Shown: piece by piece, positions 19,487-29,806 of the stretch
How the letters are laid out: the number at the start of each line of letters is the position of its first letter
How positions within the stretch are numbered: the stretch's first letter is position 1
Virus record (IMG/VR): IMGVR_UViG_3300042539_000280
Location: 100,393-164,392 of that record
Reading direction: 5' to 3' (one strand)
Source of the DNA: a virus
Length of the DNA: 64,000 nucleotides
Position numbers and translations under genes: made by a program
The notes under the pieces: model-generated
Told to the model about the DNA's origin: nothing
Seen by the model: the letters and a program-made list of their open reading frames with translations, nothing else
Databases searched by the model: none

Positions 19487-20515
19487 TCATAATTTACTCC
19501 ACTGGTTCATTCTCATAGTCGCTAATAATCCTTTGTATGTATTATTATCTATAATGTGTTGGATGGCAGCAGGTGAGGTACCCGCCAGGACCATTTCGTT
19601 GATATCTTTTTCTTTTATGGTATCAGGCCAAATGCAGACCTTGTATCCCATTTCGATTGTTTTCCGCATATTAGAAACAATCTGTTTGTTCCTAGGTTCA
19701 TTATCATATACAAAAACGTAGTTCTTGTCAAGACCTAAGATGCGAGGAGCACCGTATAATGCTGCATCCATAGTAGCCACGCAATTAGTAAGGAAAAGAG
19801 AATCGATGGGTCCCTCAACCACATACACAGTTTGCAATGCATCCAATCTATCCCAGCCAAAAATCTTAGGGTTAGTTTCATCGCCTTTGATTGTGATATA
19901 TTTGATCTTCGCATGTCTGTCAAGTGATCGCCCCTGGATGCCTAGAAGGTTACCGTCCTTGTCTTTGAACGGTATGATTATGCGTGGTTCCTTATATAGT
20001 GTTTTCTCATAGTGTGGGTAAAGGTTCTTGACAAACTCCGCAAAGTCTGCCGCAAACCACATATCTATAAGAGATACCTTACGATCCTCAAGATACTTTC
20101 TTGCATAGAACTCTGGTGGTAACGCCTTGATACGACCCGCACCAGCAGCAAACAAAGCATCAGAACTTGGTACATGAAATAAAGGTTTGAATACCGGTTT
20201 GGTTACAAAGTCCTGAACGTTTACACTATTTCTGGTATTGGATTGCACAAAGGCCTCCAATACATAGTCACGGTATAGCATTGGATCTTCATCTTTTAGG
20301 AACTTTTGGAACGTGGTAGACGAATGACAGTTGTGGCACATAAAGAAGAAGTTTTCTTTCTTCTTATAGATATAACCACGGGCCTTTGTCTTATCCTTGG
20401 AGGAATCTCCACAAACAGGACATCTAAAGTTCCATAAAAACTCTCCCCGCTGCTTGAACTGTTTTAGTCTAGGAGCGAGGAGAGAGATATACTTCTTATC
20501 GATATAAACGGACAT
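19487..20515 (-). CDS. gp61: DNA primase (T4 gp61-like)
   Basis: CPVCGDS...CHNC zinc finger, RIIIPF, VVEGPIDS, YDNEPRN TOPRIM. Confidence 0.93.
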   Translation of the reverse strand: MSVYIDKKYISLLAPRLKQFKQRGEFLWNFRCPVCGDSSKDKTKARGYIYKKKENFFFMCHNCHSSTTFQKFLKDEDPMLYRDYVLEAFVQSNTRNSVNVQDFVTKPVFKPLFHVPSSDALFAAGAGRIKALPPEFYARKYLEDRKVSLIDMWFAADFAEFVKNLYPHYEKTLYKEPRIIIPFKDKDGNLLGIQGRSLDRHAKIKYITIKGDETNPKIFGWDRLDALQTVYVVEGPIDSLFLTNCVATMDAALYGAPRILGLDKNYVFVYDNEPRNKQIVSNMRKTIEMGYKVCIWPDTIKEKDINEMVLAGTSPAAIQHIIDNNTYKGLLATMRMNQWSKL

Positions 20516-20573
20516 ATTCCACCTGACACATAATAAACAACACTATATCATTCACCTGACACTATGTCAAGTG

Positions 20574-20921
20574 TTATTTGTTCTTGAGTAGTGGTTTCAT
20601 CTGTTGGATAACTTCCTTGAGACTGTCAATTTCTTTTCTTAGATCCTGACGGTCGGTATCAACCACAGGAATACGAGTCTCAAGTTTGTTCTTGATGGTA
20701 TCCATAGTTTCTTCTATATGGTCTACCTTCTGTTCAAGGTAAATGACCCTCTGCTGGATTTCCATATCCTTTACTTTGAACTCACCAATGGTCATGAAGT
20801 AAGCAGCCACCAGACCGCCTACCGCCAGAATAGCAGTAATGACAGGTGGTAGTCTCGTTACGGCTTCACCAACTCCATGTTCAAAGTCGTTGGTGTTATT
20901 ATCGGACATTGATAGTTCCAT
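20574..20921 (-). CDS. single-TM coiled-coil protein, possible holin/lysis accessory
   Basis: one hydrophobic helix then coiled coil; directly downstream of the endolysin. Confidence 0.45.
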   Translation of the reverse strand: MELSMSDNNTNDFEHGVGEAVTRLPPVITAILAVGGLVAAYFMTIGEFKVKDMEIQQRVIYLEQKVDHIEETMDTIKNKLETRIPVVDTDRQDLRKEIDSLKEVIQQMKPLLKNK

Positions 20922-20935
20922 TCCTTTCTACCCCT

Positions 20936-21535
20936 TTAAGCAAAGTCTTTGGGGATAAACTGTGGACCTACTTGATCGAGGTCTACAGAAGCAACGCTGA
21001 CCGCTTTGATTGCTCTCTTTGCGTTCTCCAGCATTGCTATTCTCGAATTGAGACCATTGTAACCACCATTGATACGCTTGGTGATACCCCTAATATTATC
21101 CTTGTCGGCAAGCGCATTTAGTCCATTGTCTGTCCAATATTGCACGGCAATCTTTACACCAACCTCTGGGGTCTCTGCCAGTTCTGGTTTCTTTACTAGA
21201 TCGATACCTAGTTTCTTGCCATACTTTTCATAGTTGTAACGGCCTGTAATCTGAATAGGACCACGGCCTCTAAATCTTTTACCATCACCTGCTTTTACAT
21301 TACCAAGGTCACGGCGTCCTTCATATGCTGCACCAGAAGCATATTCTCGCATTGTTCTGAAATGATCGCTTTCGTGTGCTAATTGTGCGAGAAAGTGAGC
21401 AATTCTTAGTTTCGTTGTAATACCTGCCTTTTCCATTTCTTTAGGCAAGAACTTTGCTAGGCCTTCTGTAACCTCTTTGTTGACTGGAGCACCAGCAACT
21501 TTTCTTAGCAATTCTGGTGTTATGATTATGCTCAT
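20936..21535 (-). CDS. glycoside hydrolase family 19 endolysin
   Basis: FLAQLAHES, FRGRGPIQITGRYNY, TKRINGGYNG. Confidence 0.9.
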   Translation of the reverse strand: MSIIITPELLRKVAGAPVNKEVTEGLAKFLPKEMEKAGITTKLRIAHFLAQLAHESDHFRTMREYASGAAYEGRRDLGNVKAGDGKRFRGRGPIQITGRYNYEKYGKKLGIDLVKKPELAETPEVGVKIAVQYWTDNGLNALADKDNIRGITKRINGGYNGLNSRIAMLENAKRAIKAVSVASVDLDQVGPQFIPKDFA

Positions 21536-21537
21536 TA

Positions 21538-21945
21538 TTATCTCCTTTTGCCATATCTGGCATATGTCATTTCGCCTGTGTTCTTATTCTTTAGTATGAT
21601 TGGGCGACCTGGATTCTTGTTAGCATATTCTCTAATCTCTGCTAGACAATCATCCTCTTCCAGATACTTGCGCCATGTCTTGTGCTTACGCTTTTCCATC
21701 TTGGCAGTATGGAAAACAGATGGTGAAACCTCGAATACCATAGCACCAGCAAATGTATCTTCCGCTAGAACAGGTGCCTTACGACGGAAGTAACCCATAA
21801 TAACAGAGGTCGGTGGAGTTTTTTGTCTTTTCTGTATCTTTCTTTGGGTCTTTACAGATACACCAGACTCTCCATGACTGCCAACTCCAATGCCAGCAAT
21901 ACCACCTCCGCCTGCACTATTTGTCGGAGCATCTTCGTCAATCAT
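21538..21945 (-). CDS. T4-like conserved virion-associated protein (EDAPTNS family)
   Basis: MIDEDAPTNSAGGGGIAG N-terminus. Confidence 0.6.
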   Translation of the reverse strand: MIDEDAPTNSAGGGGIAGIGVGSHGESGVSVKTQRKIQKRQKTPPTSVIMGYFRRKAPVLAEDTFAGAMVFEVSPSVFHTAKMEKRKHKTWRKYLEEDDCLAEIREYANKNPGRPIILKNKNTGEMTYARYGKRR

Positions 21946-22337
21946 TGTAGGTTCCTTAGTCTATTGGCGATATCCAAATCAACCAGTATTTCTTCTTGTC
22001 TTATACTGTATTTATCAAACGAGACAGTCAATCTCTTAGGCATATAGTTCAAAAATATAAGAATTGTTTTGAGGAGGGGATAATCTTCTGGATCAACTTT
22101 GAAAAATAACATATTCACGGTTGCTTCTACACCAAAGACATTGGAGAGGATGATGACATGATTGAGCACCAACCTCTCCTTGAAGTCTCCAGTTTGTCTA
22201 TACTTACGCAATAACCTTTTCACATACTTTATACGCTTCAAGTCTTCCTCAAACTCTGACTGTATAATGTGCGGTTTGTCATAGGCCTTGGCGGCGTATA
22301 TCAAAAAGTTATCATCATTTAGATCACTAAACATCAC
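21942..22337 (-). CDS. T4-like conserved hypothetical protein
   Basis: NFLIYAAKAY, EFEEDLKRIKY.KRL, LNH.I.L.NVFG. Confidence 0.75.
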   Translation of the reverse strand: MMFSDLNDDNFLIYAAKAYDKPHIIQSEFEEDLKRIKYVKRLLRKYRQTGDFKERLVLNHVIILSNVFGVEATVNMLFFKVDPEDYPLLKTILIFLNYMPKRLTVSFDKYSIRQEEILVDLDIANRLRNLQ

Positions 22338-22344
22338 ACAAGTA

Positions 22345-24060
22345 TTAGACTTTCACATACTTTGAGGGATCAAACTTATCTTTGGAAATACGACGAACTT
22401 TACGTTCTGGATCGTTTTTACCTGTTACTTGAATGGTCTTAGAAGGACCTTCAACACCAAGACCGGCCTTCACCTGGGTAGAAACCTTACGTTTCATGAT
22501 ACGAAAAGCAGATGCCTTCTTGACAGAACCCATGGCTTCGTCCATTTGTTCTTTCTTCTTGGCCTTCCATGCGGTTGCAAAAGCAATAGACTTTTCCTTG
22601 GCGGTTAGACCGTCCTTGGAATAACCCTTCTTGATGTGTTTGACCATACGTTCAAACTTGGCACCTGGAGGTGCTTTTTCTTCTAGTCTATTCATAGCCA
22701 TTTGTATACCAGCGGCTCTTTTGTTAGCAGTCTTTCTTTCTTTTGGAGAAAGATCAGAAAGATATGGATCCTTTGCCTTACCAACTAATGTATCTAGTTG
22801 CTTACCAGCCTTCTTTTCATATCTTGCTACAGTTGATCGCTTTAGTTCATCAATCTGTTCATCTTCCATAAGACCCTTTGTATGAAAGTGTCTTTTCATA
22901 GCACGACGGATTTCACCTTTATGAACATCTCCACCCATATGCTTGGAGATAGCAGCGTCACGTTCACGAGTTGACTGACCGCCTACCTGTCCTGGCGCAG
23001 TCTTAAATGCTTTGATAATATCATCATAGCGTTTTTCTTTACTCTGCTTGATTTCATCAATCTGTTCTTTCTTTTCAAAAGATCCATGCTTTGAATACTC
23101 ATTGCTGTCCTTGCCATAACCATGACGACGAGCCATAGACTTTAGTTGTTCCTCTGATTTACCAGCGAACTTCTTAGCCTTTTCTTCTGGTGTCATGTTG
23201 GCAATACGCTGCTTATGCTTGATAACAGAAGCAGGCATACGACCTTCTTCAACAGTTTCTTCCATATAAGGATGCTTAGGAGCAGAGGCACCAACCTTTG
23301 CTTTACCTGTCATCTTCTTATGTGCTAGAGAGATACCCTTTTCACGGGTCTTTTCTCTACGGCCGGCGGCCTTGGCATCGTCAGAAGTGGCCGCAGGATA
23401 TTGACCTGGGTTCTTCTTGAAATGCTTGATATCACCTAGTTCCTGTTCAGCACCTTTACGATAACGAACAAGTTTACCTAATGATACCTCGTTTAGACCC
23501 TTTTCGGAATCCGCTACTGCTTCTTTGTTACCCTTCTTCTTTTCATCAGAGGTAACATCGTGCATTGGTTCCTTTTCAGCACTACGTTGGCTCATGGTTG
23601 CCTTGTCATCGGCACATTCTTTCATGGTGATTTCGGCCATGTCTAGCATCTTGTCTAGTTCGGCCTTATCAACAACCTTAGCCATGCATGAGAACATACC
23701 AAGCATACCTCTATAATCAAAGAATAGGTAATACTTTTCTGGTACTTCACGAATGAACTCACCGGAGTCATTCATGCCCATCTTCTCACCAAACTGTACC
23801 ATTTCATATACCTCAATACCCTTATGACCTTCAAGGAAGGTTTTCTTGGGTAGAATGATACTGAAATATGCCAACGCCTTTGACACCTTACGGAGAGTAA
23901 TGTAAGGGGTCACATGAGAGCGTGAACAAATGCCGGAGAGAATGGCATTGATCTGATCACGAACTGCCTCGTTACGAAGATCAAAATTGCCATCCTGAAC
24001 CATTGCGGTTGGAAGAACTTCCTCACTTATAAATTTTTGGAATGATTTCATGTTCATCAC
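22345..24060 (-). CDS. putative internal head polyprotein with capsid-targeting sequence
   Basis: N-terminal MKSFQKFISEE (T4 CTS-like); repeated EQIDE/EQMDE/GLNE/TVEE sites separating basic modules. Confidence 0.7.
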   Translation of the reverse strand: MMNMKSFQKFISEEVLPTAMVQDGNFDLRNEAVRDQINAILSGICSRSHVTPYITLRKVSKALAYFSIILPKKTFLEGHKGIEVYEMVQFGEKMGMNDSGEFIREVPEKYYLFFDYRGMLGMFSCMAKVVDKAELDKMLDMAEITMKECADDKATMSQRSAEKEPMHDVTSDEKKKGNKEAVADSEKGLNEVSLGKLVRYRKGAEQELGDIKHFKKNPGQYPAATSDDAKAAGRREKTREKGISLAHKKMTGKAKVGASAPKHPYMEETVEEGRMPASVIKHKQRIANMTPEEKAKKFAGKSEEQLKSMARRHGYGKDSNEYSKHGSFEKKEQIDEIKQSKEKRYDDIIKAFKTAPGQVGGQSTRERDAAISKHMGGDVHKGEIRRAMKRHFHTKGLMEDEQIDELKRSTVARYEKKAGKQLDTLVGKAKDPYLSDLSPKERKTANKRAAGIQMAMNRLEEKAPPGAKFERMVKHIKKGYSKDGLTAKEKSIAFATAWKAKKKEQMDEAMGSVKKASAFRIMKRKVSTQVKAGLGVEGPSKTIQVTGKNDPERKVRRISKDKFDPSKYVKV

Positions 24061-24066
24061 TCCTTA

Positions 24067-24687
24067 TTATACAACGTAAAGAATTGTTGCTGAACCGGAT
24101 GTTACGCTGTTTGCACCAGTTGCGGTTACTAGGGCACGGAATACGTTGCCGTTTGCGGTCTGGTTGTTTGCAGTAAATGTTGGTGATGTATTGTTGAAAT
24201 ACTGACCACCTGTGTTTGCAACATTGGCCCATGAAGAACCATTGTATTTCTGCCAGTAATACTTGATAGAAGCACCTGATGGTGTTGATGTAGCAGCAAC
24301 GGTGAAGGTTAGGTTACCAATTGTCGATTTTGTATTACTTGTTGGCTGTGTGGTAACTGTTAGACGATAATCTGGGAACTGTGTATCGTCTGTACCGTCA
24401 GTGGCGATTGAACCTGTAGCAACAAGAACTTCGTAGGTAATACGACCAGCACGGAGACCGGTGCCTTCCTTACGAAGAACCCAACCAGAGTGTGGAATGT
24501 CTTTGTTGACCTGTGCTTCATTTGTATCAACGGCGAACTGGCCAACGATTTCATTTGTGATGAAAGCATTAGCAGTTACGTTCTTATAAAGAGCAGACTG
24601 GTTAGCAGAGGTTGATGCTCTGTTATACTGGATTACGGCTGCAATGTCTGAATTGGCAGCATTGTCTTTATTACCCCATAGTGGCAT
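24067..24687 (-). CDS. virion structural protein with Ig-like C-terminal domain
   Basis: MPLWG start, H.GWV...GR...EVLVA; TQP...YYWQK...FRALVT Ig-like pattern. Confidence 0.7.
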   Translation of the reverse strand: MPLWGNKDNAANSDIAAVIQYNRASTSANQSALYKNVTANAFITNEIVGQFAVDTNEAQVNKDIPHSGWVLRKEGTGLRAGRITYEVLVATGSIATDGTDDTQFPDYRLTVTTQPTSNTKSTIGNLTFTVAATSTPSGASIKYYWQKYNGSSWANVANTGGQYFNNTSPTFTANNQTANGNVFRALVTATGANSVTSGSATILYVV

Positions 24688-24700
24688 TGTTCTTTTCCTT

Positions 24701-24874
24701 TTAGTTGTAAGTTTGACCTACTACGCCTGGGACCTCGGGATTCTGAACTACAGGATCCGCAGGTTGACCAGTCTGGGTCTTTCCTGGGTTTATTAGTTTT
24801 TTATCGGCGGCCTTTTGCAAGGCCACCTTTGTATCTTCCTTGGCAATCTTCTTGCTGTCGGGTTTCTTTTTCAT
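24701..24874 (-). CDS. small late protein (57 aa)
   Basis: MKKKPDSKKIAKED...GKTQTGQPADPVVQNP; TAATG coupling. Confidence 0.55.
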   Translation of the reverse strand: MKKKPDSKKIAKEDTKVALQKAADKKLINPGKTQTGQPADPVVQNPEVPGVVGQTYN

Positions 24875-26382
24875 TATACGATCCTATATTTATTATCACC
24901 CACTGAAACATAACTTTCAGCAACCATCTTCTTTTCTTCTTGCTGAGTACCACCAAACTTACCTCTGTTGGCCCATGCCTTGCCGGCAGGACTATCAGCA
25001 GAATAAGATGGTTCAGGTGCCGCAGTAACAGAAGCCTTCACCTCTGGTGCCGGAGCAGGTGCGGTTTCAGGTGGTTTATTCTGTGAAATAAACCCACCAG
25101 TGTCACTTGTGGCATTTTTAGGTTTAGCTGCTGATCCTGCAATATCCGGAACACCTGTTGGCACTCTTGTAGTGGTAGTAGGTGTTCTTTCTGGATTAAG
25201 TCTAACACTACTAAATGTGTCAGGTTTTTCCGCTGCCTTCATGCCAGTATCTTGTTGTTTGATAGGTGTTGGTGAAAGAGATCCAGAAGAAGTGCCAGCT
25301 GTAGTGAGGCCGGCGACTCTTGTTAGACCTTGTCTACCAGGACCATATGATGCTCGATCAGTCGAAACATTTTTTGGTGCTGTGTCTGCCTTAGTTGCAG
25401 AAGAAGCAGTAGCAGGTGTTGATGACTTACCAACACTTGTCACCTTTTGCTGTGACATAGGCACAAACTTTTCTTCTGGTGCCTTTGCAGTTCCTTTGCC
25501 TCGAATGTTTGACTGATATGTACCAGTTTCACCAGTTTTTGGATTTGTCCATTTGAATTGGCCAGTTGACTTAGCACCCATTGATCCTGCTTCCTTACGG
25601 GCCTGTGAGAAGGCCTGCTTGAAAGAAGATGGTTCTGTCTTTGGTGCTGCCGCTGGTTTAGCAACAGGAGCAGACATTGTACCAGGTTCTTTTGTCTGGA
25701 CAGGAGCAATCTTAGAAGGTAGTTCCTGATTCTTGACAGAAGGTGCTAGTTCTCCACGTCTTGACATAGAACCAACCATACCAGTTTGTGTGTTCTTGAC
25801 AGATGCACTTGGTGTAGTTGATGAACGATAACCTGCAACTTGTGTCTTGCCTGTATCTGTTTTACGGAATACAGGATTACCTGGTTCGGTCTTAGTGGAA
25901 TCTGGAACTGCAAGACCAGCAACACCAAGGGCACGACCTGCCACCTTTGCTGCTATACCTTTTGCAACAGAACTGGCGGCCGCCACAGTAGCCTTAGGTG
26001 TGGCCATAGCGGCACGGCCGGCGCCACTCATTTTGGTCACCATTTGACTTGGTGATGACTTTGCCATCTTCTGTGCTACTTGACTACCACCCTGTGAGAA
26101 TGATGTAGAACCACCAACTGAGGATGGTTTCATTGATCCAGTAGCTTGCTGACTAAAACTTGGGTTGAATCGGTTAGAGATATTTCTCTTTACGTCAGTT
26201 GTGGTTGGTTTCATTGTACCGAAACTGGAACCCATTCTAGCACCACCTGATTTTACAGTTGTGCCTTGTGACGCAAAACTCTGACCTGCACGATAAGTAT
26301 TACCCTGTAGTCTTTGCTGCGATGCGCTTGCCTGACGACGAACACCTGGAACAGGCATTTCGACGTTAGGTGGCATCGACAT
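24874..26382 (-). CDS. low-complexity Ser/Thr/Ala/Lys-rich protein; probable -1 frameshift extension of the upstream gene
   Basis: no RBS before ATG 26382; reading frame open back to the slippery site at 26430. Confidence 0.65.
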   Translation of the reverse strand: MSMPPNVEMPVPGVRRQASASQQRLQGNTYRAGQSFASQGTTVKSGGARMGSSFGTMKPTTTDVKRNISNRFNPSFSQQATGSMKPSSVGGSTSFSQGGSQVAQKMAKSSPSQMVTKMSGAGRAAMATPKATVAAASSVAKGIAAKVAGRALGVAGLAVPDSTKTEPGNPVFRKTDTGKTQVAGYRSSTTPSASVKNTQTGMVGSMSRRGELAPSVKNQELPSKIAPVQTKEPGTMSAPVAKPAAAPKTEPSSFKQAFSQARKEAGSMGAKSTGQFKWTNPKTGETGTYQSNIRGKGTAKAPEEKFVPMSQQKVTSVGKSSTPATASSATKADTAPKNVSTDRASYGPGRQGLTRVAGLTTAGTSSGSLSPTPIKQQDTGMKAAEKPDTFSSVRLNPERTPTTTTRVPTGVPDIAGSAAKPKNATSDTGGFISQNKPPETAPAPAPEVKASVTAAPEPSYSADSPAGKAWANRGKFGGTQQEEKKMVAESYVSVGDNKYRIV

Positions 26383-26420
26383 TGCTAGTTCGTTTACCGA
26401 CTTACCCGTTCCCGGTGCGC

Positions 26421-27569
26421 CTAGAAACCCTGGTCTTCCTTCATGTGCTTGGCACGGATCTTGGCAAGGATAGCACCTGCTACCTTCTTACCACGTTCCT
26501 CTGAACCATAACGTTCGCCGGCCTTCTTAGCAATCATCTTGAATGATTTGCCTGGCTTACCAATGTCTTTACCAGCACGGGCAGCCTTGGCAGAATATGC
26601 GGCTTCATTTACTGTTTCTTCTGGTAGATGACCTGGCTTGGTGTGTGAACCAAGACGACGCTTGATATTGCCTTTTAGTGTGGCAGTATCTTGCTTATGA
26701 ACCTTACCAGATTTTGTCATTCTGTCTGTTGGATGGCGACGATCACGGGCAATGGAATCTTCTTTACCACGATCTTCACCACGGCGAACTAGACCTACAG
26801 ATGATTGAGCGCCAGCACGTTCGGCATTATGTGCAGTCTTTTTACCAAACTTTCTCTTGATTAGACCATGTAGTTTGCTGGTGTCTCTTTCTTGTGCTTC
26901 TTTTTCTCTATAAGCAGAGATAGCAGCCTTCTTTGAAACTTCATCAATCTGTTCATCTTCCTTGACCACATTCTGCATACGTTGTGTGGTTGGATTGCCT
27001 GGTGTTAGTGAAGATGCTGCACCTGGATAGGACTTAGGTGTTGATGGATCTTCCTTAGGAGCAGACTTAGTAACGTCGCCTGAACCTTGAACTGATGGAT
27101 CTCTTTTTACAACGTCAAGGCCTTCGCCCATCTTTTTCTTGCCACCCATCTGGTCTTTACCGAGACGACCAGCAACAACGTCACCACGGGTAACTTTGTC
27201 ATATGGAGGATAGTTGTTAGCAAGATTACCATCATTGCCTTCTTTTGTTAGTTCACGAGCAGTTCTCTTTGGTGACTGACCTGGGAATCCGCCCATCTTT
27301 TTGATGTGTTCCATGCCAGTCTTTTCTTCATGCTCTTTCTTCTTTTCTTTATTCTCTTTATTACCTTCTTTCATGCACTTATAGGCTTCTTCTAGTCTGG
27401 CATCATATGCTGCTAGTTGCTCTCTAACAACTGCCTTGCGAGAATATACACCAAACTCCTCGTTGACAAGGGCCTCGGCTTCACGGCGCATGTCGCCATC
27501 TTTTCTTGCTTCCATGACCGCTTGAACTAGAGGGTCCTTCTTGGTTAGAAATGGGTTGTTTCCAAACAT
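26421..27569 (-). CDS. putative internal head polyprotein
   Basis: EQIDEV, ETVNEA, LTKEG sites; basic modules; CTAAATA late promoter at 27612-27618. Confidence 0.7.
   Translation of the reverse strand: MFGNNPFLTKKDPLVQAVMEARKDGDMRREAEALVNEEFGVYSRKAVVREQLAAYDARLEEAYKCMKEGNKENKEKKKEHEEKTGMEHIKKMGGFPGQSPKRTARELTKEGNDGNLANNYPPYDKVTRGDVVAGRLGKDQMGGKKKMGEGLDVVKRDPSVQGSGDVTKSAPKEDPSTPKSYPGAASSLTPGNPTTQRMQNVVKEDEQIDEVSKKAAISAYREKEAQERDTSKLHGLIKRKFGKKTAHNAERAGAQSSVGLVRRGEDRGKEDSIARDRRHPTDRMTKSGKVHKQDTATLKGNIKRRLGSHTKPGHLPEETVNEAAYSAKAARAGKDIGKPGKSFKMIAKKAGERYGSEERGKKVAGAILAKIRAKHMKEDQGF
26424..26430 (-). other. -1 ribosomal frameshift heptamer G GGT TTC directly before TAG
   Basis: X XXY YYZ in the correct phase; the -1 frame reads 16 sense codons into the ORF at 26382. 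Confidence 0.75.
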
Positions 27570-27610
27570 TTTAGTTTTCCTTGTAAGTTGAATTGGATAA
27601 TGTAATCCTA

Positions 27611-29632
27611 TTATTTAGTATATTTCTTTTTTCTTCTGGATCCAAATAATGATTTCTTTTCAAATTCTGCTGCTGTAGCATTTTGTCGAACATCATCATT
27701 TCCAGTGGTTGCAGGTACCGATGACATAGTTCCTGAGTATGGATCGTCTAAACTCTCCATTCTCACCAACTTTTCGGCAGTCTCTTTCATCTTTTGTTCT
27801 GAAAGAGAACCATAACGTGCCTTGAAACGCTTTTTGGTTTCTTCACTCTGCATCCAACGATCTAGTCTTTGTCTGCTAATCTGTCTATCAAGACCGGTTA
27901 AATCAATTGCTTGATTATCACCGAATCCAGGTCCTTTTGGAAGGCCTGCTTCATCGCCTATTCTGTCAGCACCAATAGGTGCCGCAGATGGGCTTCTTAC
28001 TGTTTTCTGTTTCAAATCTAATACTCTCATAGGTTTGGGTGGACCAGGTTCTTGACCTGGGGTGTCTTGTGCATATCTATCTGTTAGTTTCTGGGTTCCC
28101 CAGTTACCTGCACCACCAACCAAAACCTTTCTATTGTTTGGAGAGAAGTCAGTATATCCCTCCAACATAGCCTGGAATTTACGATCATTATCAGTTGTAA
28201 CAAATTCATCAATCTCGGATGTTACCGAGTCAATTAGTTTTTGGTATGTTTCCTGAATAACTTTTTCGGATTGGTTTAGGTCTAAGTCATTCTTGACTTC
28301 AATGACCTTTTCAAATAACTGGTCGTATTTGTTTAGTGCGTCTTGTGCAGACTTCCACTTACCAAAGCGGACATTCTCTGCAATGACACGGCCTTTTCCA
28401 GCACGAGCCTCGTTTCTTAGTTTTGATACCTCGTTGCTGGTATTGACAAATACCATAATAGTTTCATAACCTCTGGCATCAAGTGACTCCTTGATACCTC
28501 TTGCTTTATCATAATCGAATGAACCATTGATGACTACATTACCTTCTAATGTAATCTTATGAAATTCGTCAGCATTTACCTCTGTAAATCCACATGGTAG
28601 AATTGCCTCTTTTAGAATCTTATCTTTACCAGAACCTGGTGTTCCAGCAAGAATGATGGCCTTTTCGGTCACATACTGCATATCGAAATAACTTGGATTC
28701 AAACTACCAAAATAACGCATTACCTTACCGGCATCTGCGTTGGCCTCGTTTTCAATCTTAGAACCGGTGGCACCTTCTTTCTTGATATCTTTACCAAGAC
28801 GACCATCAAGGTTCTGCTTATGATGAACCAACTCATGTGCTACTGAACGGAAGATATCCATCGGATGACGGTTCTTAGTTGCAACTCTAACCAATTTTTC
28901 ACCAGGTGAATAAGAAGCAAATGATGGTTGATTTACTGGATTCTTATCTCCACTTTCATCTGATCCCATGTATTGAAATTTTGGTCTTTCATCGATACCA
29001 AGATGGGCACAAGTAAAGTCAACGAATGACATCAACTTGTCATGAAATTCTTTTCTTGTCATACCACTGGTATCTTCTTTTAGAAAGGCACGAGTGGCGG
29101 TGAATATCTTTCGTGCTAGGGTCTTATCTTTGGCGGCAGATGCCTTGGCAAATGTGGCAAAGTCACCCTTGCGAACGGCTGCACGAAGATCGGTACCAGA
29201 AATTCCCTTCTTACGGGCACCTGATGACACGACCTCAAAATGTTTGAATGGATAATGAATCTTTGGATTGAAATCTTTGGCGGTTCTTGGTTTTACATAC
29301 TTAGTAAGTGATGTTCTAAACTCTTGAACACGGTCGTCACCGACAACAAATGTAACATCTTCATAACCTTCATCTGCTAGTTTCTTAGCAATAGCAAATG
29401 CGGTTTTCATCTTTGGATCATCCACAAAATTTACACCAGGGAATATCTGACGAAGAAACGTCATTTTCTCTCGTGGTGAAAGTGGATTTTTGGACGGATC
29501 ATGTGATTGGGAGGTATAGATACGGTGTTCGGCACCTTTTCTCTGTGCTAACTTTACCGCATATGTAATTAGTTCTGCATGGCCTGTGGTTGGCGGATTA
29601 TAACGGCCAAATGTGAATACAATCTTTTTCAT
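27611..29632 (-). CDS. multidomain protein: cytidylyltransferase-like (HIGH) + HExxH metallopeptidase-like + P-loop kinase
   Basis: FTFGRYNPPTTGH, VVGDDR, ISGT.LR; AHELVHHKQ...E.EANA.AG; ILAGTPGSGK. Confidence 0.8.
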   Translation of the reverse strand: MKKIVFTFGRYNPPTTGHAELITYAVKLAQRKGAEHRIYTSQSHDPSKNPLSPREKMTFLRQIFPGVNFVDDPKMKTAFAIAKKLADEGYEDVTFVVGDDRVQEFRTSLTKYVKPRTAKDFNPKIHYPFKHFEVVSSGARKKGISGTDLRAAVRKGDFATFAKASAAKDKTLARKIFTATRAFLKEDTSGMTRKEFHDKLMSFVDFTCAHLGIDERPKFQYMGSDESGDKNPVNQPSFASYSPGEKLVRVATKNRHPMDIFRSVAHELVHHKQNLDGRLGKDIKKEGATGSKIENEANADAGKVMRYFGSLNPSYFDMQYVTEKAIILAGTPGSGKDKILKEAILPCGFTEVNADEFHKITLEGNVVINGSFDYDKARGIKESLDARGYETIMVFVNTSNEVSKLRNEARAGKGRVIAENVRFGKWKSAQDALNKYDQLFEKVIEVKNDLDLNQSEKVIQETYQKLIDSVTSEIDEFVTTDNDRKFQAMLEGYTDFSPNNRKVLVGGAGNWGTQKLTDRYAQDTPGQEPGPPKPMRVLDLKQKTVRSPSAAPIGADRIGDEAGLPKGPGFGDNQAIDLTGLDRQISRQRLDRWMQSEETKKRFKARYGSLSEQKMKETAEKLVRMESLDDPYSGTMSSVPATTGNDDVRQNATAAEFEKKSLFGSRRKKKYTK

Positions 29633-29806
29633 TCTTCTCCCTCTGCGGGTTTATATTAGTTATTTAGTTTTTGTTTTTTCCTTGACTGCTTTACAATCTT
29701 CTTGATTGTTGCAACAACAGGAACGGGTTTAGTCTCTGGATGTCCTGTTTCGCATCCACAGTGTTCTTTTATTTTCTTCATTACTCTTCCTAATATTAGA
29801 CTATTT

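Noticed and set aside
20520-20562. Direct repeat CACCTGACAC (twice) in the primase promoter/RBS region
   Set aside because: Only one locus and 10 bp; it could be an operator but there is no independent support
27611-27640. A AAA AAG slippery-like run near the end of the cytidylyltransferase gene
   Set aside because: The -1 frame hits TAA within a few codons, and the next gene has its own late promoter and RBS
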